Source: Acidimicrobiales bacterium
GTDB lineage: Bacteria; Actinomycetota; Acidimicrobiia; Acidimicrobiales; RAAP-2
Direction of reading: 5' to 3'
Length of the DNA: 64,000 nucleotides
Assembly: GCA_036722795.1 (NCBI GenBank)
Contig: DAIMIK010000001.1
Location: 13 to 64,012 of the forward strand
The notes beneath the pieces are model-generated. The model did no database searches, was not told the DNA's origin, and saw only the letters and a program-made list of their open reading frames with translations. Below, piece by piece: positions 51,747 through 60,665 of the stretch (position 1 is the stretch's first letter; each line of letters begins with the position of its first letter). Made by a program: the position numbers and the translations under genes.

Positions 51747-53295
51747 CCATTCCGGGTCCCACCGGTGGCGTCGCCGGGGCGCCGGCATCGGGTGCAGACA
51801 GGCGGTCGCGCACCACCCGTCGGAGGACCTTGCCGGTGGCGGTGGCCGGCAGCTCGTCGAACACGTCCACCCGTACCGGCGCCTTGAACGACCCGAGCTG
51901 CTCGCGCACCCAGGTCATGAGCGCCTCGGCGATCTGATCCGGGCCGGGCCCGTCCGGTCGCTGCTCGACTACCACGGCCGCGGCCACCGTCTCGCCCCAC
52001 TCGGGATCGGGGATGCCGACCACGGCGGCGGCCTGCACCGAGCCGTGCCGCAGCAGCACGTCCTCGATCTCCGAGGGCGAGAGGTTCTCCCCACCCTTGA
52101 TGATCACATCGTCGGCCCGGCTCTCGACGAACAGGTATCCGTCGTCGTCGACGAACCCCACGTCGCCGGTCACCAGCCATCCGGCCCGGTCGAGGCCGGA
52201 CTCCGTGTCGAGGTACTCACCTCCGACCTGCGGCCCTCGGACCCGGATCGGTCCGGGCACCCCCGGCGGGGCCGGCCGGTCGTCGACGCCGACGACGGCC
52301 ACCTCGACGCCGGGCAGCGGCCGCCCGACCGAGCGGAGCCGGCGACGCACGTCCGGGTCGGCGCTGGCCAGGGCCTCCCGATGCTCCTCGGGGCCGAGCA
52401 CGGCGACGGTCGACGAGGTCTCGGTCAGCCCGTAGGCGTTGACGAAGTCAACATCGGGGAACAGCTGGAGGGCCCGTTCGAGGATCGGCATGGCCATTCG
52501 GGAACCGCCGTAGGAGATCAAGCGAAGGGTCGGCACCCGCAGCCCCGGATCGGACTGCATGACCTGGACTATGCGGGCCAGCATGGTGGGCACGAGAAAG
52601 GCGTGGGTCGCACTGCGGGCACGGGCCTGGCGCAGCCAGCCCTCGGGTGTGAACCCGGCCAGGGGCAGCAGTCGGCGCCCCGAGTACACGGAAGTGAGGA
52701 CGGCCGCCACGCCGGCGATGTGGAACGGTGGCGCAGCCAGCATCAGGGCCTCGTCGGCGCCCGCGCCGGCGAACTCCACCGTCTCCATGACGTAGGACAG
52801 CAGATTCTCGTGGGACAGCAACGCGGCCTTGGGCGCCCCCGACGAACCGCTGGTGAACAGGATCACCGCGGCGCCCTCCGGCTCGGGCCGGTATGCGGCC
52901 TCCGACGTGCCCGTCGAGGACCGGATCCCGCGCTCCCACTCGACCGACGACTGGCTCGACGCGTCGCCGATCCGGCCGGACAGCTCGGTCGACGTGACGG
53001 TGACCGGGTGGTCGAGGCGGGCGACCTGGGCGTTCAGGGAGTCGGGCGGCAACCGGAAGTTGAGCGGGGCGTAGGCGGCCCCGGCCCAGGCGGCCCCGAA
53101 CAGCGCGGCCGGGACGGCCGCCGAATTCACGTCGGCGAAGGCCAGCGTGCGGCCCCCCCGTTCGGAGAGCCGCGCTCCGGCCGACCGGGCGAGGGCCCGC
53201 ATCTCCACGTAGGTGAGGTCACCGGACTCGTCGGTGAGCGCGGTGCGGTCGCCGAGGGTGTCGGCCGCGAGGTCGAGCAGGAGTGCGATGTTCAA
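51736..53295 (-). CDS. AMP-dependent acyl-CoA synthetase
   Basis: TTG start at 53295. Motifs include LFTSGSSGAPKAA, AYGLTETS and GDVGFVDDDGYLFVESR. Confidence 0.85.
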   Translation of the reverse strand: MNIALLLDLAADTLGDRTALTDESGDLTYVEMRALARSAGARLSERGGRTLAFADVNSAAVPAALFGAAWAGAAYAPLNFRLPPDSLNAQVARLDHPVTVTSTELSGRIGDASSQSSVEWERGIRSSTGTSEAAYRPEPEGAAVILFTSGSSGAPKAALLSHENLLSYVMETVEFAGAGADEALMLAAPPFHIAGVAAVLTSVYSGRRLLPLAGFTPEGWLRQARARSATHAFLVPTMLARIVQVMQSDPGLRVPTLRLISYGGSRMAMPILERALQLFPDVDFVNAYGLTETSSTVAVLGPEEHREALASADPDVRRRLRSVGRPLPGVEVAVVGVDDRPAPPGVPGPIRVRGPQVGGEYLDTESGLDRAGWLVTGDVGFVDDDGYLFVESRADDVIIKGGENLSPSEIEDVLLRHGSVQAAAVVGIPDPEWGETVAAAVVVEQRPDGPGPDQIAEALMTWVREQLGSFKAPVRVDVFDELPATATGKVLRRVVRDRLSAPDAGAPATPPVGPGMASR

Positions 53296-53429
53296 GGTCG
53301 AGGCCCCTTACCGATCGCGGGGAGGGCTGCACGCTGGAATCCGGCCGTGCCGGCGTGGTCGAGGACGTCGGGCCGCACGTACTGCCCGACCTGCCCCGGC
53401 GCAAGGATGGTAACCCGGCACTGTCCCGG

Positions 53430-54446
53430 TCACCCGGACACCTCGTCCACCAGCCCCCAGTCGAGCGCGGTGGCGGCATCGACCGATTGGACGGCAAGGG
53501 CCAGTAGCAGGGTCCGGTGACGGCCGATGCGGCGCGGCAGGCTCACCGTCCCCCCGGCCCCGGGGATCAGCCCGAGCCGCACCTCGGGGAGGGAGAGGCG
53601 TGTGGAACGGGCCGCCACCACCCGGTGGGCGAACGCGGCTAATTCGACACCGGACCCGACGACGTCGCCGTGGAGGTGGGCCACCGTGCGGTCGGCCAGC
53701 TCGGCAATCGTCCTCGCGGGGTTGCGGAGCAGGCGCACGAGGTGGGCGGACGGGGGATCGGACCGTGTGCCGAACTCTTGGAGATCACCCCCGCTGCAGA
53801 ACGAGGGGCCGGCCCCGTCGAGGTGCACCGAGGTGATGGAGGGGTCCATCACGGCGACATGGAGGGCGGTTTCCAACTCGTCACGCATCGCCGAGTCGAG
53901 CGCGTTGAGGACCCGGGGCCGATTGAGGGTGACCCACAGCTCGTCGTCCCGCCGTCGGACGAGGACCGCCGGCCCGTCGCCGGTCGCCCGGTGGCGTACG
54001 GACCGCCCGCTCCGCCAGCGGGCGAACTCCGGGCCACCCTGGAGGAGCCCGTAGGCGGTGGACTCGGCCAGCAGCCCTTCGGGGATCGACCGTGCCCCCC
54101 CGGACCGGAGCAGCACGGCCAGCACGGTGGCCGCCTGAGGGTTGGCCCGGACGGCGGAGCGGACGGCAACCAGGCGCGGGTCGTCCGCCGCGAGCACGAG
54201 ATCGGCCCAGTCGGGTCGGCGGTCCGGGTTGCGGATGACGGCGACGATCACGGCCGGCAGCGTGACGAGGCGTCCCGTCGCGTCGCTCCCGAGGGCGTCG
54301 GGCAGGTCGTCGCCGTCGACCAGCACCAGATGCCCGTCGCTGCCGGCGAGCTCCTCGAAGGCCTCGCCGCTGTCCAGGACCTGGGCGAAGTCGGGCCCGG
54401 CGACGACGGTGGGGTGCATGACATGAGGGTAGTGTTTTGCCGCCAT
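53430..54446 (-). CDS. Atypical crotonase-fold protein: the catalytic core is at the C-terminus, preceded by a ~150-aa region resembling the crotonase C-terminal helical part
   Basis: The C-terminal half carries VTLNRPRVLNA, FCSGGDL, GSGVELAAF and LPEVRLGLIPGAGGT, and ends at GLVDEV. The N-terminal half carries NPQAATVLAVLLR...EGLLAESTAYGLL..PEFARW. An alternative leaderless start lies at ATG 54419. Confidence 0.6.
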   Translation of the reverse strand: MAAKHYPHVMHPTVVAGPDFAQVLDSGEAFEELAGSDGHLVLVDGDDLPDALGSDATGRLVTLPAVIVAVIRNPDRRPDWADLVLAADDPRLVAVRSAVRANPQAATVLAVLLRSGGARSIPEGLLAESTAYGLLQGGPEFARWRSGRSVRHRATGDGPAVLVRRRDDELWVTLNRPRVLNALDSAMRDELETALHVAVMDPSITSVHLDGAGPSFCSGGDLQEFGTRSDPPSAHLVRLLRNPARTIAELADRTVAHLHGDVVGSGVELAAFAHRVVAARSTRLSLPEVRLGLIPGAGGTVSLPRRIGRHRTLLLALAVQSVDAATALDWGLVDEVSG

Positions 54447-54466
54447 GGGCCACGGGGGCGGTTGAC

Positions 54467-55675
54467 GTGAGTGGGGGATGCCCGGCGCCCGACGTCGGGC
54501 CGGAGCCGGCCGACACGCTGACGGCGTGGGCGGCGTCCGGGCTGATGATGCTCACCGGTCGGCCTGATGGTCCGGGGCTCGGGCCGCCGCCGGGCCTGGT
54601 CCCCGGCGTGCGGCGCCTGGCCACGGAGATCGCCCGTCGCTCGGGACGACTGGGGCGGCCGGTGGTGGTCGATCCCCTGGCGGTCATGGCTGAGCGCGCC
54701 GTGCTCGGTCGGATGCGTCGGGGTGGAGCTGTGAGCTGCAGCCGGGCCTCCCGGCTGGTCCGCGCCGGCGACGGGTGGATCGGGGTGAGCCTGGCCCGTC
54801 CGAGCGACTGGGACCTGGTCGCCGCCTGGCTGGGGCTCGACGGGCCGGTGGGCCGCAGCGACTGGGCCACGGTCGCCGCGGAGGCGGAGCGTCACGGCGT
54901 GGTCGGGCTCCTCGAGCGCTCGACGCTGCTCGGCCTGCCGGTGGCCCGGGTGGGGGAGCGCCGACGGGAAGCCGCGGCGCCGGGGGGATCGGACGGCCAC
55001 GTCACCGGGATCCGGACGCGCCGGTTGGGAGCGGGTGCGCCGGCGGTACCGATGACCCGGCTGGTGGTTGCCGACCTGTCGGCCCTGTGGGCGGGCCCAC
55101 TGGTGGGGGCGCTTCTCCGCCGGGCCGGCGCCGCGGTGGTCAAGGTCGAATCGGCGTCACGGCCGGACGGCGCCCGACGGGGGCAGCCCGACCACTATCG
55201 ATCGCTCAACGGGGGCAAGACGTCCACGGTCGTCGAGTTCGGGTCGTCCGAAGGCCAACGCACGCTGCGGAGCGTCGTGGAGGGGGCCGACGTGGTCATC
55301 ACGGCGGCACGGCCGCGGGCGCTCGAGCAGCTCGGCCTCGATCCCGAGTCGACGGTCCGTGACCATCGGCCGCGGATCTGGCTGTCGATCAGCGGGTACG
55401 GCAGCTCGGCCGGCTCCGGGGGGCGGGTGGCCTTCGGCGATGACGCCGCGGCAGCCGGTGGCCTCGTCGTCTGGGACGAACGAGGACCGTGCTTCTGCGC
55501 CGACGCCGTCGCCGACCCGGTGACGGGGCTTGCGGCGGCGTCGGCCGTGTTCACCGCTCTCGAGGAAGGCGGCGATCACCTGATCGAGGCGTCGATGGCT
55601 GATGTGGCCGGTGGCCTGGTCCAGCCCACGCCAGCCGTCGACGGGTCGGCACGCCTGGCACCCAGGCCCCGATGA
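54467..55675 (+). CDS. Family III CoA-transferase-like protein with permuted segment order
   Basis: Lies within ORF 54437..55675, with GTG at 54467 after GGGGGCGG. The usual N-terminal motif (LVVADLSALWAGPLVGALLRRAGAAVVKVE) begins near residue 200. The putative catalytic Asp sits in AVADPVTG near the C-terminus. The first ~200 aa resemble the small-domain/C-terminal part of the family (RLVRAGDGWIGVSLARPSDWDLVAAWLG). Confidence 0.6.
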   Translation: MSGGCPAPDVGPEPADTLTAWAASGLMMLTGRPDGPGLGPPPGLVPGVRRLATEIARRSGRLGRPVVVDPLAVMAERAVLGRMRRGGAVSCSRASRLVRAGDGWIGVSLARPSDWDLVAAWLGLDGPVGRSDWATVAAEAERHGVVGLLERSTLLGLPVARVGERRREAAAPGGSDGHVTGIRTRRLGAGAPAVPMTRLVVADLSALWAGPLVGALLRRAGAAVVKVESASRPDGARRGQPDHYRSLNGGKTSTVVEFGSSEGQRTLRSVVEGADVVITAARPRALEQLGLDPESTVRDHRPRIWLSISGYGSSAGSGGRVAFGDDAAAAGGLVVWDERGPCFCADAVADPVTGLAAASAVFTALEEGGDHLIEASMADVAGGLVQPTPAVDGSARLAPRPR

Positions 55676-56972
55676 CGGCGCTCCTGGTGCGCGACGTCGA
55701 ACTGGCCGGCGGCCGGGTGGACATCCGCTGCGCCGGCGGCCTCGTCTGCATCTGATGGCCATGGCGGCCAAGTCGACGTCGGTCGACGTCGGCGGGGGCG
55801 CCGCGTCGGGACCGGGTGACCTTCGCCGGTTGCTGCGCGAGTCAGATTCGCGGCTGGCGCCGGGCGCCTGGCTCCGTGCCGTCGGGTACGACGGGACGTC
55901 CGGCGACCGGCTCGACCGGTGGGTGCTCGACGACATGGTGCCGGACCGACCGGTGCGGGTGCAGCATCGCTCGGGACATCAGTGGCTACTCAACTCGGCG
56001 GCTGTGCAGAGCTCGGGGTCGGGGGCGACCGGTCCGAGGGCGTAGAGCGGGACGGGCGTGGTGTGCCGACGGGCCGGCTGTTCGACCGGGACGACTCGCT
56101 CGCCGCACGCCTCCCCCGGGGCTGGTCACCCGACCTCGGTGTCGTGAGCCGTCGGCTCGCCTCCTATGGCGTGACCGGGGTGACCGATGCCACGCCGACC
56201 CGGACCGCGGCCGACCTCGAGGCCCTGGCCGCGGCCTCTCGCTCCGGCGCCGTCGTCCAGCGGGTGGGGGCCATGGGCGCCGCCGAGGCCCGGGTGCCGG
56301 AGGGGCTCGACCTCGGACCGGCCAAGGTGATGGTCTCCGACGGGCGGTGCCCCGGTGTCGACGGGCTGGCCGGACAGCTCGAAGCGGTGCACCGGTCCGG
56401 CCGGTGGCCCTGCACTGCGTGACCAGGGTCGCATCGGTCCTGGCCGTGGCCGCCTGGGAGCAAGTCGGGGCCCGGGCCGGCGACCGGATGGAGCACGGCG
56501 GGGTCCTGCCACCCGACCTGGTGGAGCGTCTGGCCGGCATGGGGATCACGGTGGTCACCCAGCCGTCGTTCCTCCTCGAACGGGGCGACGACTACCTGGT
56601 GGAGGTGGAGGCGGACGACCTCCCCCACCTCTACCGGTGCGCCAGCCTGGAGCGGGCGGGAGCGGGCCTGGGCGGGAGCACGGACGCCCCGTTCGGACCG
56701 GAGGACCCGGGGTGGCCATGACCGCGGCCGTGCGACGCCTTACCCGTTCTGGTCGTCCGATGGGGCCAACCGAGCGGCTGAGCCCCGGGCGCGCCCTCCG
56801 GCTCTTCCTCTCCGGTGGCGGGTCGCCCGGCGGGCCACCCCGCACCATCGGTCCCGGGGCGCGGGCCGATCTCTGCCTCCTCGACTGCGACCACCGCCGA
56901 TCGCTCGAGGATCTGGATTCCGGACACGTGGTGGCCACCGTGGTCGGCGGGCGCCTCGTGCACGAGGCGTGA
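55672..56972 (+). pseudogene. Amidohydrolase-3-like gene decayed by at least four frameshifts and an internal deletion
   Basis: Family-like pieces occur in successive frames. These are 55672-55755 (MTALLVRDVELAGGRVDIRCAGGLVCI, then stop), to 56045 (AWLRAVGYD...DRPVRVQHRSGHQWLLNSAAV), to 56422 (GVPTGRLFD...GPAKVMVSD), to 56721 (VALHCVT...EHGGVL...GGSTDAPFG), and to 56972 (GPGARADLCLLD...VVGGRLV). Confidence 0.7.
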
Positions 56973-57165
56973 CCCGAGGCCCGAACGGAACTCGAACCGG
57001 CGGCCGGCCCGGTGGTGGCGGCGACGGGTCCGGCCCGGCTGGGCCCCGGCGCTGCGACAGCCCCGTTCTCCTCCTGGGTCTGTGCGGTTAGCGCCGCGTG
57101 AGATGACAGCCACCAAAGGGTCTGCCAGAATCACCGTGTCCACGCCATGGGGCCAGAGGGGGAGC

Positions 57166-58455
57166 ATGCCGATGGAGATCAACGAGATGGTGATGGTGAG
57201 CGTCGACGACCACGTCGTCGAGCCCTCAGGCATGTTCGACGGCCGCCTGCCCGCCAAGTACGTCGACCTGGCCCCCCGGTTCATCACCAACGAGGACGGG
57301 ACCAACGCCTGGCTCTACGAGGGCCAGGTGCTCACGAACGTCGCGCTCAATGCCGTCGCCGGCCGCCCTCGTGAGGAGTACGGGCTCGAACCCACCTCCT
57401 TCGACCAGCTCCGCCCCGGCTGCTACGACATCGACGAGCGGGTCAAGGACATGGATGCGAACGGCATGGTCGGCTCGTTGTGCTTCCCGTCGTTCCCCCA
57501 GTTCTGCGGACAGCTGTTCGCCCGCACCGAGGACAAGGACGTGGCACTGGCCATGGTCCGCGCCTACAACGACTGGCACATCGACGAGTGGTGTGGCACC
57601 CACCCGGGTCGCTTCATCCCGTGCGCCCTGCCGGCCATCTGGGACCCGGAGGTCATGGCCGCCGAGGTGCGCCGCACCGCGGCGAAGGGGGCCCATGCGG
57701 TGACCTTCTCGGAGAATCCGTCCAAGCTCGGGTGGCCCAGCATCCACACCGACCACTGGGATCCGTTCTGGAGGGCGTGCAGCGAGGAGGAAGTGGTCGT
57801 GTGCATGCACATCGGTTCGTCGTCCGAACTGGTGATCACTTCACCCGATGCCCCGATGGACTGCCTGATCACGCTCACCCCAATGAACATCGTGAAGGCG
57901 GCCACCGACCTGGTGTGGTCGCCGGTCCTGCGGAGCTTCCCCGACCTCAAGGTGGCCCTGTCCGAGGGCGGAATCGGCTGGATTCCCTACTTCCTCGAGC
58001 GGATCGATTACAACTACGACCGCCACCACGCCTGGACCGGGCAGGACTACGGGAACCAGCTGCCGAGCGAGGTGTTCAACCGGAACGTGCTCACCTGCTT
58101 CATCGACGACCACTTCGGTGTAGCCAGCCGCGAGTACCTCGAGATGGACAACGTGATGTGGGAATGCGACTACCCCCACTCCGACTCGACCTGGCCGACC
58201 GCACCGGAGACCCTGGCCGCCAACCTCTCGGGCATCTCCGACCACGACCTCGACCGCATCACCCACCTGAACGCCATGCGCCACTTCCACTACGATCCGT
58301 TCGCCGCCCTGGGCGGTCGGGAGCGGTGCACGGTGGGTGCGCTGCGGGCGCAGGCGGCGGGCCACGACGTCTCGATCCGGTCGACGGCACGCGAAGGGAT
58401 CGCCAAGCGCGGCACGCTGGCCACCGACCTGCTCTCGGTCGGCCAGTCTGACTGA
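57166..58455 (+). CDS. Amidohydrolase-2 family metal-dependent hydrolase
   Basis: ATG at 57166 follows GGGGGAG, within ORF 56815..58455. Motifs include MVSVDDHVVEP, CMHIGSS and MWECDYPHSDSTWP. Confidence 0.8.
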   Translation: MPMEINEMVMVSVDDHVVEPSGMFDGRLPAKYVDLAPRFITNEDGTNAWLYEGQVLTNVALNAVAGRPREEYGLEPTSFDQLRPGCYDIDERVKDMDANGMVGSLCFPSFPQFCGQLFARTEDKDVALAMVRAYNDWHIDEWCGTHPGRFIPCALPAIWDPEVMAAEVRRTAAKGAHAVTFSENPSKLGWPSIHTDHWDPFWRACSEEEVVVCMHIGSSSELVITSPDAPMDCLITLTPMNIVKAATDLVWSPVLRSFPDLKVALSEGGIGWIPYFLERIDYNYDRHHAWTGQDYGNQLPSEVFNRNVLTCFIDDHFGVASREYLEMDNVMWECDYPHSDSTWPTAPETLAANLSGISDHDLDRITHLNAMRHFHYDPFAALGGRERCTVGALRAQAAGHDVSIRSTAREGIAKRGTLATDLLSVGQSD

Positions 58456-58542
58456 TCGTCCCGTCGACCGTCCGCTCACGACACTTCTGCCCCTGCGGTC
58501 GACCCTCAAGACGGCGGCCACCCGAGAAAAGGATCAGCCAGA

Positions 58543-59760
58543 ATGGCGAACGCACTGTCCGGATATCGAGTCCTCGAAGTGGCGGCGTGGACGTTCGTCC
58601 CGGCGGCCGGGGCGGTCCTGGCCGACTGGGGCGCCGACGTGATCAAGGTCGAGCATCCCCAGACCGGCGATCCCCAGCGGGGCCTTGTCTCCATGGGCCT
58701 GATCCCGGGCGGGGAGAACGCCGTGAACTACATCATGGAACAGCCCAACCGGGGCAAGCGGAGCATCGGCATCGACATCTCCACGGATGCCGGGAGAGAC
58801 CTCCTCTACAAGCTGGTCGAGAGCTCCGACGTGTTCCTGACCAGCTTTCTGCCGGCTGTCCGCCAGAGGCTGAAGATCGACGTCGAGCACATCCGGGCCG
58901 TCAACCCCAACATCGTCTACGCCCGTGGCTCGGGCCAGGGGCCCCTTGGCGCGGACCGGGAGAAGCCCGGCTACGACGGTTCCGTCTACTGGGGGCGCGG
59001 GGGGGTGGCCCATGCGTTGACTCCGCCCGACGCCAAGTTCCCGATCGGGGGACGGGCAGCCTTCGGCGACCTGGCCGGTGGCATGGCCATCGCCGGGGGG
59101 GTCGCCGCCGGCCTCCTCCAGCGTGCCACCACCGGAGAGGCCCCGATCATCGACGTGTCGCTGCTCGGCCTGGCCATGTGGGTGCTGTCGCCCGACATAG
59201 TGGCCTCCGGCCTCTACGGGGGGGATCCGATGCCCAAGTTCAATCGGAGCGCCTCCCCGAATCCTCTCGTCGGGAGCTACCGCACGAGTGACGACCGCTT
59301 CATCACGCTGATGATGCTGCAGGCGGACCGGTTCTGGCCGGAGTTCTGCACCTGCATCGGTCGGCCGGACCTCATCGACGATCCGAGGTTCGTCGACGGT
59401 GCCAGCCGCTTCACCAACCGCGAGGCCTGTGTCAAGGCGATCGACGAGGTGTTCGCCTCCCGGACCTACGAGGAGTGGAAGACGGCACTGGCCGACCTGT
59501 CGGGGGCGTGGGCCCCGGTGCAGATGGCCAGTGAGCTGGTCGACGATCCCCAGGTGGGGGCCAACGGCTATCTGGCGCACGTGGAGCGCGGGGACGGCCG
59601 CGAGTACGACCTCGTGGCCAACCCGGTGCAGATGAACGAGGAGGCCGACCACCTGCTGCCCGCTCCGGAGCACGGGCAGCACACCGAGGAGATCCTGCTC
59701 GAACTGGGCCTGGACTGGGACGCGATCATCGCCCACAAGGAGACCGGGGCCATCCTCTGA
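58543..59760 (+). CDS. Family III CoA-transferase (CaiB/BaiF)
   Basis: The N-terminus reads YRVLEVAAWTFVPAAGAVLADWGADVIKVEHPQTGDP. The segment order is canonical, so it serves as an internal reference for the 54467 gene. Confidence 0.85.
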   Translation: MANALSGYRVLEVAAWTFVPAAGAVLADWGADVIKVEHPQTGDPQRGLVSMGLIPGGENAVNYIMEQPNRGKRSIGIDISTDAGRDLLYKLVESSDVFLTSFLPAVRQRLKIDVEHIRAVNPNIVYARGSGQGPLGADREKPGYDGSVYWGRGGVAHALTPPDAKFPIGGRAAFGDLAGGMAIAGGVAAGLLQRATTGEAPIIDVSLLGLAMWVLSPDIVASGLYGGDPMPKFNRSASPNPLVGSYRTSDDRFITLMMLQADRFWPEFCTCIGRPDLIDDPRFVDGASRFTNREACVKAIDEVFASRTYEEWKTALADLSGAWAPVQMASELVDDPQVGANGYLAHVERGDGREYDLVANPVQMNEEADHLLPAPEHGQHTEEILLELGLDWDAIIAHKETGAIL

Positions 59761-59806
59761 CCCCGCACCGACGCGACCGCGGCGCCGGGAGCCGGGGCCT
59801 CGCGGC

Positions 59807-60571
59807 CTACTTGGGCGGGAAGCGCAACGCGCCGTCGAGCCGGATGTTCTCCCCGTTGAGGTAGGGGTTGGTCACGATGCTCTCCACCAGGCGGGCGAAC
59901 TCGTCGGGCTCACCCATCCGCCGGGGGAACACGATGTTCTCCACCAGCTTGGCCTGCATCTCCTCGGGGGCGCTCTGCATGAGGGGTGTTCCCATCGTGC
60001 CCGGGGCGATGGCGCACACCCGGATGCCGACGGGCGCCAGGTCGCGGGCCAGCGGGAGGCTCATCCCCAGGATCGCCGCCTTGGCCGCGGCGTAGGCGAC
60101 CTGCCCGGTCTGACCCTCGTAGCCGGCGATCGACGCGGTGTTGACCACCACGCCGCGCTGCCCGGTCTCGTCTGGGGCATTGGCGGCCATCCGGGCCGCG
60201 GCCAATCGGGTGACGTTGAAGGTGCCGAGGGCGTTGAGCTCCATGGTCGCCCGGAACGCGTCCATGGAGAGCGGTGTGTTGTCCCTGGACAGCGTGCGCC
60301 CACCCATGCCGCCGCCGGCCACGTTGACCAGCACCCCGAGCGGGGCCATTGCGGCGGCCGCGTCGAGGGCGGTGGCCACGTCGACGTCGTCGTTGACGTC
60401 CCCCCCAACGGCGGTGCCGGACCCCAGGTCGCGGACGAGCGCCTCGCCGGCCTCGAGCGCCCGGTCGAAGACCACGACCCGCAGGCCCAGGGCGGTCAGG
60501 CGGCGGACCGTGGCGGCCCCGAGGCCGCCGGCCCCGCCGGTCACGATGGCGGAGTGCTGACTCAAGTCCAT
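59807..60571 (-). CDS. SDR, 3-hydroxyacyl-CoA dehydrogenase type-2-like
   Basis: ATG at 60571 within ORF 59807..60895. Motifs include AIVTGGAGGLG and the catalytic YAAAK. Confidence 0.8.
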   Translation of the reverse strand: MDLSQHSAIVTGGAGGLGAATVRRLTALGLRVVVFDRALEAGEALVRDLGSGTAVGGDVNDDVDVATALDAAAAMAPLGVLVNVAGGGMGGRTLSRDNTPLSMDAFRATMELNALGTFNVTRLAAARMAANAPDETGQRGVVVNTASIAGYEGQTGQVAYAAAKAAILGMSLPLARDLAPVGIRVCAIAPGTMGTPLMQSAPEEMQAKLVENIVFPRRMGEPDEFARLVESIVTNPYLNGENIRLDGALRFPPK

Positions 60572-60665
60572 GGCTGCTCCTGTCGTGGTGTCGGTTCGGT
60601 GCGCGGGGATGGGCCGGCGGACGGGACGGGGGAACGGTGCCACTCGGCTGCCGGTCCGGAACGGC

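Noticed and set aside
54450-54467. A third CCACGGGGG next to TTGACG, with the same words as the 30538 and 35796 motif.
   Set aside because: The order and spacing are reversed (CCACGGGGG-cgg-TTGACG). In addition, a GC-rich 9-mer is expected a few times by chance in 64 kb, so I do not count it as a third copy.
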